Position numbers and translations under genes: made by a program. From IMG/VR virus record IMGVR_UViG_3300031555_004710, positions 128,001 through 192,000 of that record: a DNA stretch of 64,000 nucleotides. One strand, given 5' to 3'. Source of the DNA: a virus (taxonomy: Duplodnaviria > Caudoviricetes). The notes under the pieces were generated by a model that worked only from the letters and a program-made list of their open reading frames with translations, ran no database searches and was not told the origin of the DNA. Positions 31,541-41,014 of the stretch are shown one piece after another. Positions within the stretch are counted from its first letter, which is position 1. Every line of letters starts with the position of its first letter.

Positions 31541-32326
31541 ATGCAAAATGATATTAGAATTGGAATGGATACTAGTAGTGGAAGTGCATATGGAAAATTA
31601 TTTGTAATTCCTCAGGATCCAAGTGACAGAGAATTTTTATTATCAGTCGACAGAAGAGCAAGAGCTGAATTAAATCGTATCTATGGAATTTTAGTAGATT
31701 ATGATTGGCAGGCTAACACAATCGCAAATAGCGTAATTGAAACACTAATTACTGATTTGGCATTTATGCTTAAGAATGGAGCAAATAATGGAATCGGTAT
31801 TGAATTTTATGACATTATAAAAGCTATAGTTTCTATAAAGACTAATGAAAAAGCTGAAAAGGAAGGAAATATAAATATTTATTTTGAACCTGGTGCTAAA
31901 GCAATTTCCTTAATAGAAAATGGTCCAGATAAAATTGAGTATGAAGAGAAGGTTGATCCTGCTACTCGATTCTTAACTGGAGACCCTGCTGAAGATGATC
32001 TTTATAAAAATCTTGAATATCATACAAGATATAATTTATCATCTGTAAATGGAATAACCATTCCAGACCATTTAAAATTCTCAGTATTTGCAATAGGATA
32101 CACATTCATTGAATGTATTTATCTTGAAATATTGTATAGACTTGCAAATATGGATGGTGAAGATGGTGAAGAAAAATTAGTTTCCGTAAACTTCAATGAT
32201 AATATTGAAATTCACGGAATTATGAAAAATGGTACTGTAAATATTACAATGCGTCCTGGTATGAATGCAAAATTACTAATCAAATGCGATGAAGTTACTG
32301 AGCATACAATGGGCGATGATGAATAA
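31541..32326 (+). CDS. Hypothetical protein
   Basis: 261-aa ORF, GGTGA RBS; two halves appear internally similar (I.F.D...N.NI...PG..A). Confidence 0.7.
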   Translation: MQNDIRIGMDTSSGSAYGKLFVIPQDPSDREFLLSVDRRARAELNRIYGILVDYDWQANTIANSVIETLITDLAFMLKNGANNGIGIEFYDIIKAIVSIKTNEKAEKEGNINIYFEPGAKAISLIENGPDKIEYEEKVDPATRFLTGDPAEDDLYKNLEYHTRYNLSSVNGITIPDHLKFSVFAIGYTFIECIYLEILYRLANMDGEDGEEKLVSVNFNDNIEIHGIMKNGTVNITMRPGMNAKLLIKCDEVTEHTMGDDE

Positions 32327-32343
32327 GAAAGGGATGATATATA

Positions 32344-32865
32344 ATGACTTTTCACGATTTGAAGTTGCCTAAAGAACTTTCAAAGAAGAAAAAACTTGAA
32401 TTATATAAATGCTGGATATTGACTCCTTTAACTAAGGAGTCAAGTCCTAGAAAACTCGAACTTGATTGGGTATATGACAGATATGGCTTATCCGAACAGT
32501 CTGCAGTAACTCTGGCTATAAATGAGTATGGTGAAGACTTATTGAAGAATCCAGATAAAATATTTGATATACTTTCCCAGAAATGTTTCGTGATACTTAA
32601 AGTAGTTTTATTGGCTGGTACTATGGATGAGGAAGTTATAATACCACCAGAGAATAATTCTGGTATTGACATGAGTCCAAATTATGACCCAATAAATGGC
32701 TTATTGAATGTAACTGTTAGACATAGAACAGCAGATTTAGATTTAAAGAATTATACTCTTACAGATATTAAGTTAGAGCTTGATGAAAATACAAATCTCC
32801 TAGCTGTAAAAGATATCTCATTACAGGAGCAAATTATAAATAAATCAATTACAGGTGGAAAATAA
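32344..32865 (+). CDS. Hypothetical protein
   Basis: 173-aa ORF with RBS. Confidence 0.7.
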   Translation: MTFHDLKLPKELSKKKKLELYKCWILTPLTKESSPRKLELDWVYDRYGLSEQSAVTLAINEYGEDLLKNPDKIFDILSQKCFVILKVVLLAGTMDEEVIIPPENNSGIDMSPNYDPINGLLNVTVRHRTADLDLKNYTLTDIKLELDENTNLLAVKDISLQEQIINKSITGGK

Positions 32866-32970
32866 TTTTAATAACTAAGAAAGTCTTATGATGATAGGTG
32901 TGATAATCACCATTAACTCATAAGACTTTCTAGTTAAAATTTTAATAGAAACTATAATTTTTCTTAAAAT

Positions 32971-34824
32971 TTGTATGAACCACTGATATTATTTAAAAAT
33001 ATAAAGGAGGAGCTTATTTTGCTTAATTATATATCATTATATCCAAATCCTTATGAGAAAGAATTTAATGATCAAATAATTTTGGGAACTCATGACAATT
33101 CTATTGCTGATTACGTTATTATGGAAATGATGGAGTTAGAAGCTATAGAAAATATCCATATTGAAAAAGTTGAAGTTGTAATGAATCAAGATGATATTGA
33201 TATAAATAATCATATGGTTAATATCAACTATAAAAAGAAGGATATGAATAGCATTGAAATTCCAAAATCTAAATATATAAATGATGGTAGATATGGAGAA
33301 GTAAGATTTACTATAAGAGTATCTACCAATTTGAATAGTAAGACTATATTAAAGAGAATACTTATTCCTATTGAACATGAAGGATTTTATTATAATAGCG
33401 GTAAACGAATGAAAGCAATCTGGCAGATTGTCGATGAAGCAACTTATTCTCAACGAGGAAAAATAACTTTAAAGAGCAGAATGCCAGTCATAATTTACCA
33501 GAATAAGAAAAGACAGATTACCGATGTATTAGGTAATATATATAATACTCCATCATATTCATATGCACTTAATGGTAAACAGCGTAAAGGACCTGTAAAA
33601 TCAGCTAAGAAGCCTAAAGCTAAATTTATAAATCCTATTATGATTTACTCAGCTAAAATGGGATTTCAGAATACTTTAGAATTCTTTGGTATGCAAGGAA
33701 TAGTATATATTGAACCACAGTACACTGAAGATGAACTTGAGGATCTATATATCTTCCCACTCGACGATGTATTTATAAAAGTTCATAAAGACTTATTTGA
33801 TAAATACGATTTGGTTAAATCATTCGTATGCATGACATATAATCTAAAATCACCTAAAGATTTTAGAATTGATATGAATTACTTAGAAGATAGAAAATAT
33901 TGGGTTTGTAGAATAGGAATGGTTGGTGCTGCAAGAAATAAGAATCTTGATTCATTCTTAGAAAAAGGTACTACTAACTTATTAATGATTGAAAGATTGA
34001 TCAATTCGGTAACTCAGCAATCGCTAAGACTTCCAAATTACTATAAACAAAATATATATTATTTACTGTATTGGCTGATTACCAATTTCGATGAACTTCG
34101 TAAATATAGTAATACTGATATGAGAAGTAAACGTATAAGACGAAATGAATATATTGTAAATTCTTCCCTTGGAAGAAAGTTATCAGAAAATGTGAATAAA
34201 TTAATAGAACGAAAGAGTCGTTCTAAAATGAATAATATGGATACTTTATTAGAATTATTTAACTTTGGTTCTGATATCGTAGTTGCTGGGATGAGAAATC
34301 TTAATGACTTAATTAAGACTGATGATATTGTAAATGATATGGATTTTATACAATCATTAACCTTCTCTATGAAAGGTCCGAATAGTATCGGGGAAGGAAA
34401 TAGCAAGATGATAGCTGTTAAGTATAGATATCTTGACCCTAGCATGGTTGGTGTATTAGACTTAAATGTATCATCTAATAGTGACATTGGTATGTCGGGG
34501 TCATTTGTACCTTTCGTTAATCTATATGATGGATATTTCTTCACTCCAGAAAGACAACCATGTGAAAAGAGATTTCATTTTGAAAATGAATTACAAGCTG
34601 CAGGTTTGAGAGTATATCCTATCCCAATTAATACTTTCGAAGACTACTTAAAAGTATTAGAAGATGGTGATAAGTTTAAAGAACTTCTTAAGCCTGAGAA
34701 GATTGAAATCATTGAAAAGACAACTGAGGAAATCCGAATAAAAAGAAAGAAAACTGAGGTTCCTATTACACCAGAAGAACCTGATATAAATATTGAGGAG
34801 GGTGATACAAATGAGAGTAATTAA
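32971..34824 (+). CDS. rpoB: Phage multisubunit RNA polymerase beta subunit, N-terminal half (probably non-virion RNAP)
   Basis: GFYYNSG...WQIVD; FSMKGPNSIG...RYLDPSMVGVLDL..SS.SDIGMSG resembles beta LSALGPGGL...RDVHPSHYGRICP. Likely TTG start at 33019 after AAGGAGG. Confidence 0.85.
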   Translation: MYEPLILFKNIKEELILLNYISLYPNPYEKEFNDQIILGTHDNSIADYVIMEMMELEAIENIHIEKVEVVMNQDDIDINNHMVNINYKKKDMNSIEIPKSKYINDGRYGEVRFTIRVSTNLNSKTILKRILIPIEHEGFYYNSGKRMKAIWQIVDEATYSQRGKITLKSRMPVIIYQNKKRQITDVLGNIYNTPSYSYALNGKQRKGPVKSAKKPKAKFINPIMIYSAKMGFQNTLEFFGMQGIVYIEPQYTEDELEDLYIFPLDDVFIKVHKDLFDKYDLVKSFVCMTYNLKSPKDFRIDMNYLEDRKYWVCRIGMVGAARNKNLDSFLEKGTTNLLMIERLINSVTQQSLRLPNYYKQNIYYLLYWLITNFDELRKYSNTDMRSKRIRRNEYIVNSSLGRKLSENVNKLIERKSRSKMNNMDTLLELFNFGSDIVVAGMRNLNDLIKTDDIVNDMDFIQSLTFSMKGPNSIGEGNSKMIAVKYRYLDPSMVGVLDLNVSSNSDIGMSGSFVPFVNLYDGYFFTPERQPCEKRFHFENELQAAGLRVYPIPINTFEDYLKVLEDGDKFKELLKPEKIEIIEKTTEEIRIKRKKTEVPITPEEPDINIEEGDTNESN

Positions 34825-35698
34825 CATTGAAGGAATTGATGCAGTTGGAAAAGAAACTGTATCTAAAGCTTTAGAGGAAAGATTAAGCGAGAAAGGATAT
34901 CGTGTAAAGCGTATATCCTTCCCAAATTATGATGGTTCTATTGGTAAATCTATAAAAGAAATTCTGATGGGAGCATGCGGTAGTGCACCTTCATTAGACC
35001 CAGATTTAATGGGACCATTTTATACAATGGATAGATTATCTTATTTTAAATGTAATATAGATGACTTGATTGATAATTACGACTATGTAATTATGGACAG
35101 AAGTTTCTATTCTAATTTAATGTATCAAGCTGCTAAATTCTATATATCTGGAAAGAATAAACCAATACAAATTTCAGACGATATTACAAAATATGGAATG
35201 AATTCCAGTACTTTAACAACAGTATTTGATTGGATTTCACGAAATTATCAATGGGAAATACAAGAGACTGGATTATATCGTTGCGATAATATGTTTACCT
35301 TTGTATTATCCATGGATGAAGAAAGTAGTAAAAAGCAATTAAGTAATAGAAAAGAAGTAGATACTAACGAAACAAGTCGTTCATATTTAGAAGAATGCAA
35401 AGAATTTATTACTAAAATACTATCAAATGATTATCGATATAATATTATGAAATTTATTGATGAATACGCATTTGCAGTTAGACTTTGTAATAGAAGCAGA
35501 TATATTCAGCAATATATGCATAATGCTGCTTTTTATTATCTATCAAATGTGGACTCTATTGAAGTTAAACATGTCGAAAATCCTAAGGATATTCCATCAG
35601 CTACAAATGAAGTTGTTAATAAAATACTTGACATGATGTACGACAATGATATGTTTGATGATGATTATGAAGGAGATGATGCTAATGGCGAAAATTGA
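34811..35698 (+). CDS. tmk: Thymidylate (dNMP) kinase
   Basis: IEGIDAVGKET P-loop, SFPNY, DR, MDRSFYSN. Confidence 0.85.
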   Translation: MRVINIEGIDAVGKETVSKALEERLSEKGYRVKRISFPNYDGSIGKSIKEILMGACGSAPSLDPDLMGPFYTMDRLSYFKCNIDDLIDNYDYVIMDRSFYSNLMYQAAKFYISGKNKPIQISDDITKYGMNSSTLTTVFDWISRNYQWEIQETGLYRCDNMFTFVLSMDEESSKKQLSNRKEVDTNETSRSYLEECKEFITKILSNDYRYNIMKFIDEYAFAVRLCNRSRYIQQYMHNAAFYYLSNVDSIEVKHVENPKDIPSATNEVVNKILDMMYDNDMFDDDYEGDDANGEN

Positions 35699-37694
35699 TT
35701 TTAATGGACATCCTAAGAAAAGTAAAGAAGAGCTAGATAAATTATATCCTCCTGATTTACTTATTATTATAGAAGAAGTTTTATCTTCCAAGAAATCATT
35801 TCAGTTAATATTTCAAGATTTAATTGATATTATGAAATATGGATTTGAAGATGAGAATGTTAGAAGACGTCCAATATACTATAAATTCAAAAAGCGTGAA
35901 AAGAAACAGCATGTTATGCAACTAAATCATATGATATCTAATCTTATATTTTGGAATCCATTAATTGAAGTTGATAAAGTAGAATTATTGGATGAGAGTT
36001 GGATATTTGATTTTAGTAAATTTAATACAAATACTCTTATGGATTATATCAACACACGTTTACTTCCGGTATTTGATACAGACTTTGCTTCACAAAATGT
36101 AATGGTCGATGAAATTTATCATAATATAATTTCGATATCTCATGCATTTTGTCTATTGATGGGTATGGGAATTTCGTTATATGATTTACATCAATTAGAA
36201 TTGAGAGACCCTGAAATATCTCATATAATGAGAGATTCTGTAGACCAGTCTCTTGAACCACATGAAGTAGAAGAGCAATTAAATGATAGAAATAAACGAC
36301 TAATACAGAAATTGATCGAAGACCCTATTGGAAATGACTATAAACCATTCTTTGCTAGTGGTACTGGATTAAAGGCTGCACAGTTTAGGGAATATATTGT
36401 AAGAATTGGATTTAAAGCTGATATCAACGGTAATACCGTTCCTATTCTTATAGATAATAACTTCCTATTACATGGATTATCAAAGCCTTCATTCTTATAT
36501 CTAAATGCGATATCTGGTAGAAAGAGTTTGATATTATCTAAACTTTCAATGGGAGCTCCTGGTAGTTTCTCTAAGAAGCTCACGATGAATTCAATATCTT
36601 CTACTTTAAGAGAAGACTATGAAACATGTGATAGTATTCTTACAATTGATTACTATATTAAGACTAATGAGTTCTTAAAGTTATTGAATGGAAGATATTA
36701 TTATGATGCCAGAGGTAATATGCAGCTTCTTGATTATGATAAAGATAAACATTTAATAGGTAAAGTAGTTAGATTTAAAAGTCCAGCTACATGTAATAGT
36801 AAGAACGGTGTATGTAAACATTGTTATGGACACATGTTTGATATTAATAAGAGCTTGGCTAGTGCTGGTGCATATGCTTCATTGAAGATAAGTGAACCTA
36901 TAGGTCAGGCAGTATTATCATCAAAACATAGTCAGACAACTTCATCAAACGAGCTGAAGTTCAGTGAAGGATATGATGAAGTATTTGAAACTACATCCTC
37001 AATGGTTACACTTAGAGAAGATTCTGATTTAGATGCAGATGTTTATATCAGATTGAATAATGTGTCAGTAGAAGAAATGGATGACTCTGAATTCTATTAT
37101 GTTGAATCATTTGATTTAGTTGAAGCTAATGGTAATTTGATAAGACATATTGAGGAAGAAAATAAGGCTAAGTTCTACTTAAATGATGGATTAATCTCAT
37201 TATATAAACAGAAGTTGAAGATGAAAAATAGTGAACCAATATTCTCATTAGATGAAATTGATGACGAAACTTTATTCACTATAGAAGTAAAGAATAAAGA
37301 GTTAACTGAACCTTTAAAGATATTTACTAAAGTTCTTAATACACATGAGCATATGGGTGCAACTAATTTGTCTGATTTATGTCAAATCTTTGCAGAAAAA
37401 TTAATTCTTATGGGAATTAAATATGAATTAGTTCATGCGGAAATGATAATAAGATCATTAATTAGAAAGAAGAGTAATATATTAGAGTTCCCTGATTTTG
37501 GAATGGGTGGAAATCTAAATGATTATCAGATTCTTAAATTGGATGAAGCTCAATTATATAATCCTAGTGCACTGGTTAGTATGCCTTATGGATATCTAAG
37601 AAGACAGTTATTATCAACTGAATTATATGAGAAAACTCAAACTGGAGCATTGGATGCGTTGTATGTTTCTGATTTGAGTAAGTATATTGATTAA
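35646..37694 (+). CDS. rpoC: Phage RNA polymerase beta' subunit, C-terminal half
   Basis: Bridge helix GRKSLILSKLSMGAPGSFSKKL, KSPATC...GVCKHCYG, trigger loop ISEPIGQAVLSSKH, HAEMII. Likely start 35685. Confidence 0.9.
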   Translation: MICLMMIMKEMMLMAKIDFNGHPKKSKEELDKLYPPDLLIIIEEVLSSKKSFQLIFQDLIDIMKYGFEDENVRRRPIYYKFKKREKKQHVMQLNHMISNLIFWNPLIEVDKVELLDESWIFDFSKFNTNTLMDYINTRLLPVFDTDFASQNVMVDEIYHNIISISHAFCLLMGMGISLYDLHQLELRDPEISHIMRDSVDQSLEPHEVEEQLNDRNKRLIQKLIEDPIGNDYKPFFASGTGLKAAQFREYIVRIGFKADINGNTVPILIDNNFLLHGLSKPSFLYLNAISGRKSLILSKLSMGAPGSFSKKLTMNSISSTLREDYETCDSILTIDYYIKTNEFLKLLNGRYYYDARGNMQLLDYDKDKHLIGKVVRFKSPATCNSKNGVCKHCYGHMFDINKSLASAGAYASLKISEPIGQAVLSSKHSQTTSSNELKFSEGYDEVFETTSSMVTLREDSDLDADVYIRLNNVSVEEMDDSEFYYVESFDLVEANGNLIRHIEEENKAKFYLNDGLISLYKQKLKMKNSEPIFSLDEIDDETLFTIEVKNKELTEPLKIFTKVLNTHEHMGATNLSDLCQIFAEKLILMGIKYELVHAEMIIRSLIRKKSNILEFPDFGMGGNLNDYQILKLDEAQLYNPSALVSMPYGYLRRQLLSTELYEKTQTGALDALYVSDLSKYID

Positions 37695-37697
37695 AAT

Positions 37698-37725
37698 AAA
37701 AGAGAACTCAATTGAGTTCTCTTTT
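37698..37725. terminator. Perfect-palindrome terminator
   Basis: aaaagagaactcaa|ttgagttctctttt. Confidence 0.8.
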
Positions 37726-37738
37726 TTGTATCTTAAAA

Positions 37739-37750
37739 AACACCTCATTA
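37739..37750 (+). promoter_or_regulatory. Putative late promoter AACA-N6-TA
   Basis: aaca cctcat ta. Confidence 0.65.
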
Positions 37751-37789
37751 AATATTTACAAAAAAAAAACGAAATGAGGTTGATTATAA

Positions 37790-38458
37790 ATGAATAAATC
37801 ATATGCTGATGTATTAGAATCGTATTTAATTGCAGAAGAAGGTTTATTTAGTAAAATAAAGTCTGGTATAAATAAATTAGAAAAATGGGATCGAAAGAAA
37901 AATCCACAAAAATATGCTGCAATAGATAAGAGAAAAGCTGATAAAGAAAAAGCTAGAAAAGCTACTGATTCTACAAAAGATAATTCTAATAACTATTATA
38001 AATTTAATATCAATGCAGAAAAAGCATTAGACGATTCAAAATTAAATCTAACACCATATCCTGAGGGTAAATGGGAAGATCAAGATGATTTATTTAATGC
38101 AATTGAAAGGGATTTAAAATTAGCATTACCGAAGATACTTTCTTGTAAAGAAGTAATTGAAAATGTTAATAAATTCTGTGAAGAATATAATAAAACTCCA
38201 AAAGATGAGTTAGAAGATAGATTTTTTATGGAAGATTTTCCATCTAAAATGTCATTAAGTTGGTTTAAGTCACAATTTTGTGTTGATTCTGAAGGAGATT
38301 ATTTTATGATATGTGAAGGAGACCAATGCTTTAGAAGTTCATATGGTATAGAAATCGTAGATATAATGGCAAAATATATTAAAAAGAAATATTCTAATTA
38401 TAATCTCCATGTTGGAACTGGAGATGGTGATGAAGGATGCGTTTATCCTTTTGATTAA
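37790..38458 (+). CDS. Putative head-packaged (ejected) protein
   Basis: N-terminal VLESYLIAEEG leader followed by a basic segment; late promoter. Confidence 0.55.
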   Translation: MNKSYADVLESYLIAEEGLFSKIKSGINKLEKWDRKKNPQKYAAIDKRKADKEKARKATDSTKDNSNNYYKFNINAEKALDDSKLNLTPYPEGKWEDQDDLFNAIERDLKLALPKILSCKEVIENVNKFCEEYNKTPKDELEDRFFMEDFPSKMSLSWFKSQFCVDSEGDYFMICEGDQCFRSSYGIEIVDIMAKYIKKKYSNYNLHVGTGDGDEGCVYPFD

Positions 38459-38465
38459 TGAACTT

Positions 38466-38496
38466 AAATAAGAGTACTCATTGAGTACTCTTATTT
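38466..38496. terminator. Bidirectional terminator
   Basis: aaataagagtactca t tgagtactcttattt. Confidence 0.8.
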
Positions 38497-38507
38497 TTTT
38501 ATATTTT

Positions 38508-40823
38508 TTATTTGGCTATAGCTTCAAGTTTAGCTATTATTCCATCCATTCCTGCAAATGCTTGGTCTAATGTAGCTAAATCATTAGCTGCCTCAACGTA
38601 TAACGCATGTGTTTCTGCAGTTTGAGATAAATCTACTTCAGAAGGAATTGCAGAGCTAATCTGTACAATTTCTTCTTCTACTGTAGCATATTCTTCTTTA
38701 GTTACAGCATCTGTGATGCCATATCCAGCAAGTGTTGTTGGAGTATTTGTAACATTATTCCAATTCAATTCGGATACTGCAAATTCTTTAAATGCTTTAG
38801 ATACATTTAGTGACAATGTTGCAGTTGCAGTTATACCTCTGTAATTACCACTTATTAATCTATATCCAACTGCTACGTATTTTTTATTATCATAGCATAT
38901 TGATGACCAGAATGTGTTAACATCTGTAATTGAATCCTCATTCCATGTTTTACCATCTATTGAGTATAAAAATTTATTTGAAGAGCTTGATATTATTACA
39001 CATAATCCATTTGCATAACATCCTGTTCTCCAGTAGTTTTCTTCTATATTAGATGCTTGGATGATATCCCATTCAATACCATCTGTTGAACTTGCAAAAG
39101 TATTTCCAAAACTAGGTATTAGAATAAATTTATCATTTGCAAAAAATACACTACCCCATTCAGTAATACTATCAATAGTAAAAGGATTTGCCCAAGTTTT
39201 AGCATCAGTAGAATATGTTATTGTATATGCTTCATTTGTCATGTCATAACCAACAGCTACAAACTTACCATTTCCATAACATATAGACAGTAACTCATCT
39301 TCGGTATCTGTATTAGTATTAGCCTCGATAAATTTCCAATTTACCCCATCTGATGAAGTTCCAATAAGTGATTTATAATTATCTACATGTCTTCCAGCTA
39401 CAACATATTCACCATTGCCATAACATATTGATGTTAATACATGCGAATATCCAGTAACAGTCCAATCGATACCATTTTTAGAGAATGCGATAGTCCCATT
39501 TCCTGATACAGCAACGAATTTACCATTACCATAGCATATAGAATTCCAATATTTAATACCACTAGAACCAACTTTTCGTTCTGTCCAATTAATACCATCT
39601 TCAGAATATGCAAATATATCACTAGCATGTGCAATAGCTACAAATTTACCATTACCATAACATACGGATTTCCATTCTCTAACAGTGGTTATCTCAGGAT
39701 CTTTAACAGACCAATCGTTAATAATTCCCTCTGAACCAAGATATTCATCATTAGTTACAAAATACCATTCCACGCCATTGTCAGTTTCAAGACAAATTGT
39801 ATCTCCATTATGAACAGGATTCTTTTTCAATGAATATAACTCTTCTTTACTATTGAGTACATATACTCTTTCTTTCACATCATAAGGAAGAGCATCTAAA
39901 GGAATATCTCCATTAACGTTTGATATATCAACAATTACATTGTTATCTAAATTATGAATATGGTCATTATCAGCTTTAGAATCCCACTCAAGCTGTTTTA
40001 CTTTAGTTGGATGAATTAATGAATCATTTGAATGTGATTCAAGTGAAGTTTTTAACTCTGAAGTTGTATTTGATAGATTTTCTATTTTACCACTTTCTGA
40101 TAAGACTATTTGATCTATTTTATCTTCCAATGAAGATTGCATAATATTTACAGAATTCTGCAAATCTTCTTTAGATGCACTATTATTCCAGTTATTCTTT
40201 TCATCTGGAGTGACATGAATAGTATTATCGGCAATATGAACATCTATAGCATTTATAGAACCTGAAGATATTGATGCAACAGTATCTTCAATATATTTGA
40301 AGATATCTGTTTTTTTTCCTTGTGGGTCGTAGATGTCAGTTATCATTGACCCTTCTGGAATAATACTTTCCCAGTTACTATTTATATAAATTTTTAATGT
40401 TGGAAAATTAGGATTAGATGTATCCATCCAAACAGTCTTACCATCTATAGGTGATATAGGTGCAGATGGACCGGGATTAATGGAACCTTCCGATTGGTCA
40501 ATACTCCAATTTCCATATTCAGACTCACTATTTTCACTTACTCTAACATAAGATTTATTTAGTGCAGTAATAAACTGATATAAATTATCACCCATAAGTA
40601 CAATAGATATATTTATAGGAGATATATTTACTTCTCCAAAATCAGGACCATTAATAAAATGTGAGGTTGTATAGTTTCCAGGATTTTTAAGAAGATTTAA
40701 ATTTGTAGGATTCGATACAGAAGATTCTATTCTAATCCATCCATTATTTACAACTCTTATATTTCGACCTTTTTCAAGAGCCAAATCAATTTGTTCACCG
40801 GTATATTTAGTAGGCCAACCCAT
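38508..40823 (-). CDS. Tail fiber-like protein with an inserted seven-repeat beta-propeller
   Basis: YTGEQID N-terminus, HI.D..IH.T..EK..WN repeats, PTTLAGYGITDA fiber motif, 7x W.SICYGNGKFVA...S.DG..W. Confidence 0.7.
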   Translation of the reverse strand: MGWPTKYTGEQIDLALEKGRNIRVVNNGWIRIESSVSNPTNLNLLKNPGNYTTSHFINGPDFGEVNISPINISIVLMGDNLYQFITALNKSYVRVSENSESEYGNWSIDQSEGSINPGPSAPISPIDGKTVWMDTSNPNFPTLKIYINSNWESIIPEGSMITDIYDPQGKKTDIFKYIEDTVASISSGSINAIDVHIADNTIHVTPDEKNNWNNSASKEDLQNSVNIMQSSLEDKIDQIVLSESGKIENLSNTTSELKTSLESHSNDSLIHPTKVKQLEWDSKADNDHIHNLDNNVIVDISNVNGDIPLDALPYDVKERVYVLNSKEELYSLKKNPVHNGDTICLETDNGVEWYFVTNDEYLGSEGIINDWSVKDPEITTVREWKSVCYGNGKFVAIAHASDIFAYSEDGINWTERKVGSSGIKYWNSICYGNGKFVAVSGNGTIAFSKNGIDWTVTGYSHVLTSICYGNGEYVVAGRHVDNYKSLIGTSSDGVNWKFIEANTNTDTEDELLSICYGNGKFVAVGYDMTNEAYTITYSTDAKTWANPFTIDSITEWGSVFFANDKFILIPSFGNTFASSTDGIEWDIIQASNIEENYWRTGCYANGLCVIISSSSNKFLYSIDGKTWNEDSITDVNTFWSSICYDNKKYVAVGYRLISGNYRGITATATLSLNVSKAFKEFAVSELNWNNVTNTPTTLAGYGITDAVTKEEYATVEEEIVQISSAIPSEVDLSQTAETHALYVEAANDLATLDQAFAGMDGIIAKLEAIAK

Positions 40824-40873
40824 TTAGGTCACATCCTTTCTTAATATTTATAGGCTTCCTATTTTACATGATT

Positions 40874-40885
40874 TACGAATTTGTT
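40874..40885 (-). promoter_or_regulatory. Putative late promoter AACA-N6-TA
   Basis: Reverse strand aaca aattcg ta. Confidence 0.7.
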
Positions 40886-40957
40886 TTGAGGGTATTTGTA
40901 CATAAATATGATAATATTACTTAGTATTTTACATAAAATTAGCAATATATGGATTTT

Positions 40958-40969
40958 AACAATTCCTTA
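40958..40969 (+). promoter_or_regulatory. Putative late promoter AACA-N6-TA (divergent pair)
   Basis: aaca attcct ta. Confidence 0.7.
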
Positions 40970-41014
40970 ATTCGTATACATAATGTATTAATAAATGAAA
41001 GGGGTTGACCTTTT

